Source: Octopus vulgaris
Taxonomy: Eukaryota
NCBI GenBank assembly: GCA_951406725.2
Contig: OX597824.1
Span: 14,198,001 to 14,262,000, forward strand
DNA length: 64,000 nt
Direction: 5' to 3'
Position numbers and translations under genes: made by a program. The first letter of the stretch is position 1. Every line of letters begins with the position of its first letter. Below the pieces are notes generated by a model. The model saw nothing but the letters and a program-made list of their open reading frames with translations, searched no databases and was not told where the DNA came from. Shown here in pieces: positions 62,320-64,000 of the stretch.

Positions 62320-64000
62320 GGTGCTCAGGCTAAATTTCTATATTTGACAGTTTGCATAAACGGAAAAGGAAACACAATATTCCATCCAAAAATAAAAGAA
62401 TTTTTTAAAATTTGGTGCCCCAAATATGACTAAAATACTTCACCAGGTGGTGATATTAAGTTAGACGTAGACTGGGCCTATACTGGCCAAAACCTATCTA
62501 AGGTTTATCAACAAGAATATGGCTGGGAGATATAAGTTTAATCCAAGTAGCTGACCCTCAGCTTCCACATAAGCCTCACGATGACTCCAGAGCCTGGCAC
62601 GTGTGTTCTTCACTGTGTCCCAGGGAAGATCGTTGGATGCTGCCTTGATAGTGGCTACCAGCACAGCCTTAGTGTAGCAGACAGAATTGCTGGTCTTTCT
62701 CAACCACACTCCATCCCCTCCCATATAGTAACCAATGGGATTACAATCAAGAGAATTAGGATGCCATCAAATTGGAGGTGGTAAAGTCATAGAAATTCTC
62801 CAACAAGGCCGCGAGCTGGCAAAAACCTTAGCATGCCGGGGGAAATGCTTAGCGGTATTTTGTCTGCCGTTCTGAGTTCAAATTCTGCCGAGGTCAACTT
62901 TGCCTTCCATCCTTTCAGGGTCGATTATATAAGTACCACATCTGACTATCACTCACTCCCACTCTCTTTGTTGTTTTAGTCTTCTTCTAACAGCGTGACT
63001 GACAAGGCACACATTCTTCCTCCTCCTCCTCACCATCATCATCACCAACATCATCATCACCATCATCATCACCAACATCATCATCACCAACATCATCATC
63101 ACTATCAACGTCCTCATTATCATCATCGCCATTATCATCACCATCATCATCATCATCACGTTCCCCATCATCATCACCATCATCATCATCATAATCATCA
63201 TCATCATCACCATCATCATTACCATCCCCATCATCATCATCACCATCATCACCATCCTCCTTCTCATCATCATCATCATCATTTTAACTTTTGCTCTCCA
63301 TGCTGGCATGGCTCAAACACTTTGACTGGAGCTGATGAGCCAAGGAACTGCACCAGGTTCCAGCCAGATTTTGGCATGGTTTCCGCAGCTAGGTGCACTT
63401 CCTAGTGCCAACCACTCAAGGAATATAAATAGATGCTTTTCCATGCCACTGGCACGGGTGCCATTTACATGACATTGGCAACGACCATGACCATGATCCA
63501 CGGGTAGGTGCCATTTATATGGAACCAGCAATGATCACAACTACAATGCATGGTTGGCATTTAGGGGGCACCGACAGCAAGAACAACCACAACAACAACT
63601 CACTAGCCCCCATTTACATGGCACTGGCAACGACCCCGACTACGGTGCACAGGTGCAATTTACATGGCACCAGGAAGGCCTCAACTACGATTTCACTTAA
63701 CACAACATATTGCCAGAGCTCTCAGTCACTTGTCGTCATTTCTGAGAGGCCTAACGTTCGAAGATCATGCTTCCTCACCTCATTCCATGTCTTTCTGTGT
63801 CTACCTCTTCCACAGGTCCCTCCACAGTTAGGGATTGACTCTACTTTACACAGCTGTCCTCGTCCATATGCATCAAATGACCAAACCAATGCAGCCATCT
63901 CTCTTACACACCACATTTGATTCCCCTCATGCCCAGCTTTTCTCTTCAGACACTTACACTCTTATTTCTTTATTGCCCAGAAGGGGCTAAACATAGAAGG

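Larger units (their letters stand above)
44640..64000 (+). repeat. Tandem segmental duplication, period ~12.3 kb (44640-51700 vs 57007-64000)
   Basis: UGT, mariner, SINE C, Tc1-like piece, (CAT)n and RTE tail recur in the same order at offset ~12,360, at high identity. Confidence 0.95.

Overview
Eukaryotic, AT-rich, repeat-dense animal DNA. The SINE families, RTE tails and (TA)n/(CA)n load resemble cephalopod (probably Octopus) genomes; this is an inference, not a database match. The only host genes are four tandem + strand UDP-glycosyltransferases (UGTs), each with its recognisable coding region on one exon: a divergent copy lacking its N-terminus (25.7-27.1 kb) and three close paralogs (34.6, 45.0, 57.4 kb). 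The last two lie in a ~12.3 kb-period segmental duplication that runs off the window. The rest is mobile DNA: several Penelope-like retroelement (PLE) fragments of Naiad and Neptune type, at least six hammerhead-ribozyme motifs (one apparently intact at 4420-4505), a Helitron Rep remnant, mariner/Tc1, hAT and RTE remnants, MITEs with clean target-site duplications (TSDs), a solo LTR, many tRNA-derived SINEs and three satellite arrays. Best leads: (1) a tRNA-headed SINE-like element ending in a Penelope-type hammerhead (38.3-38.6 kb); (2) a ~1.9 kb satellite whose 22-bp monomer carries a TCF/LEF site plus an RCCG helper-like motif, fused to a 59-bp satellite with heat-shock-element-like motifs; (3) a gene-conversion tract across the UGT sugar-binding signature while the substrate-binding region diversifies; (4) an intact endonuclease-only PLE ORF whose ATG comes from an inverted copy of its own tail.
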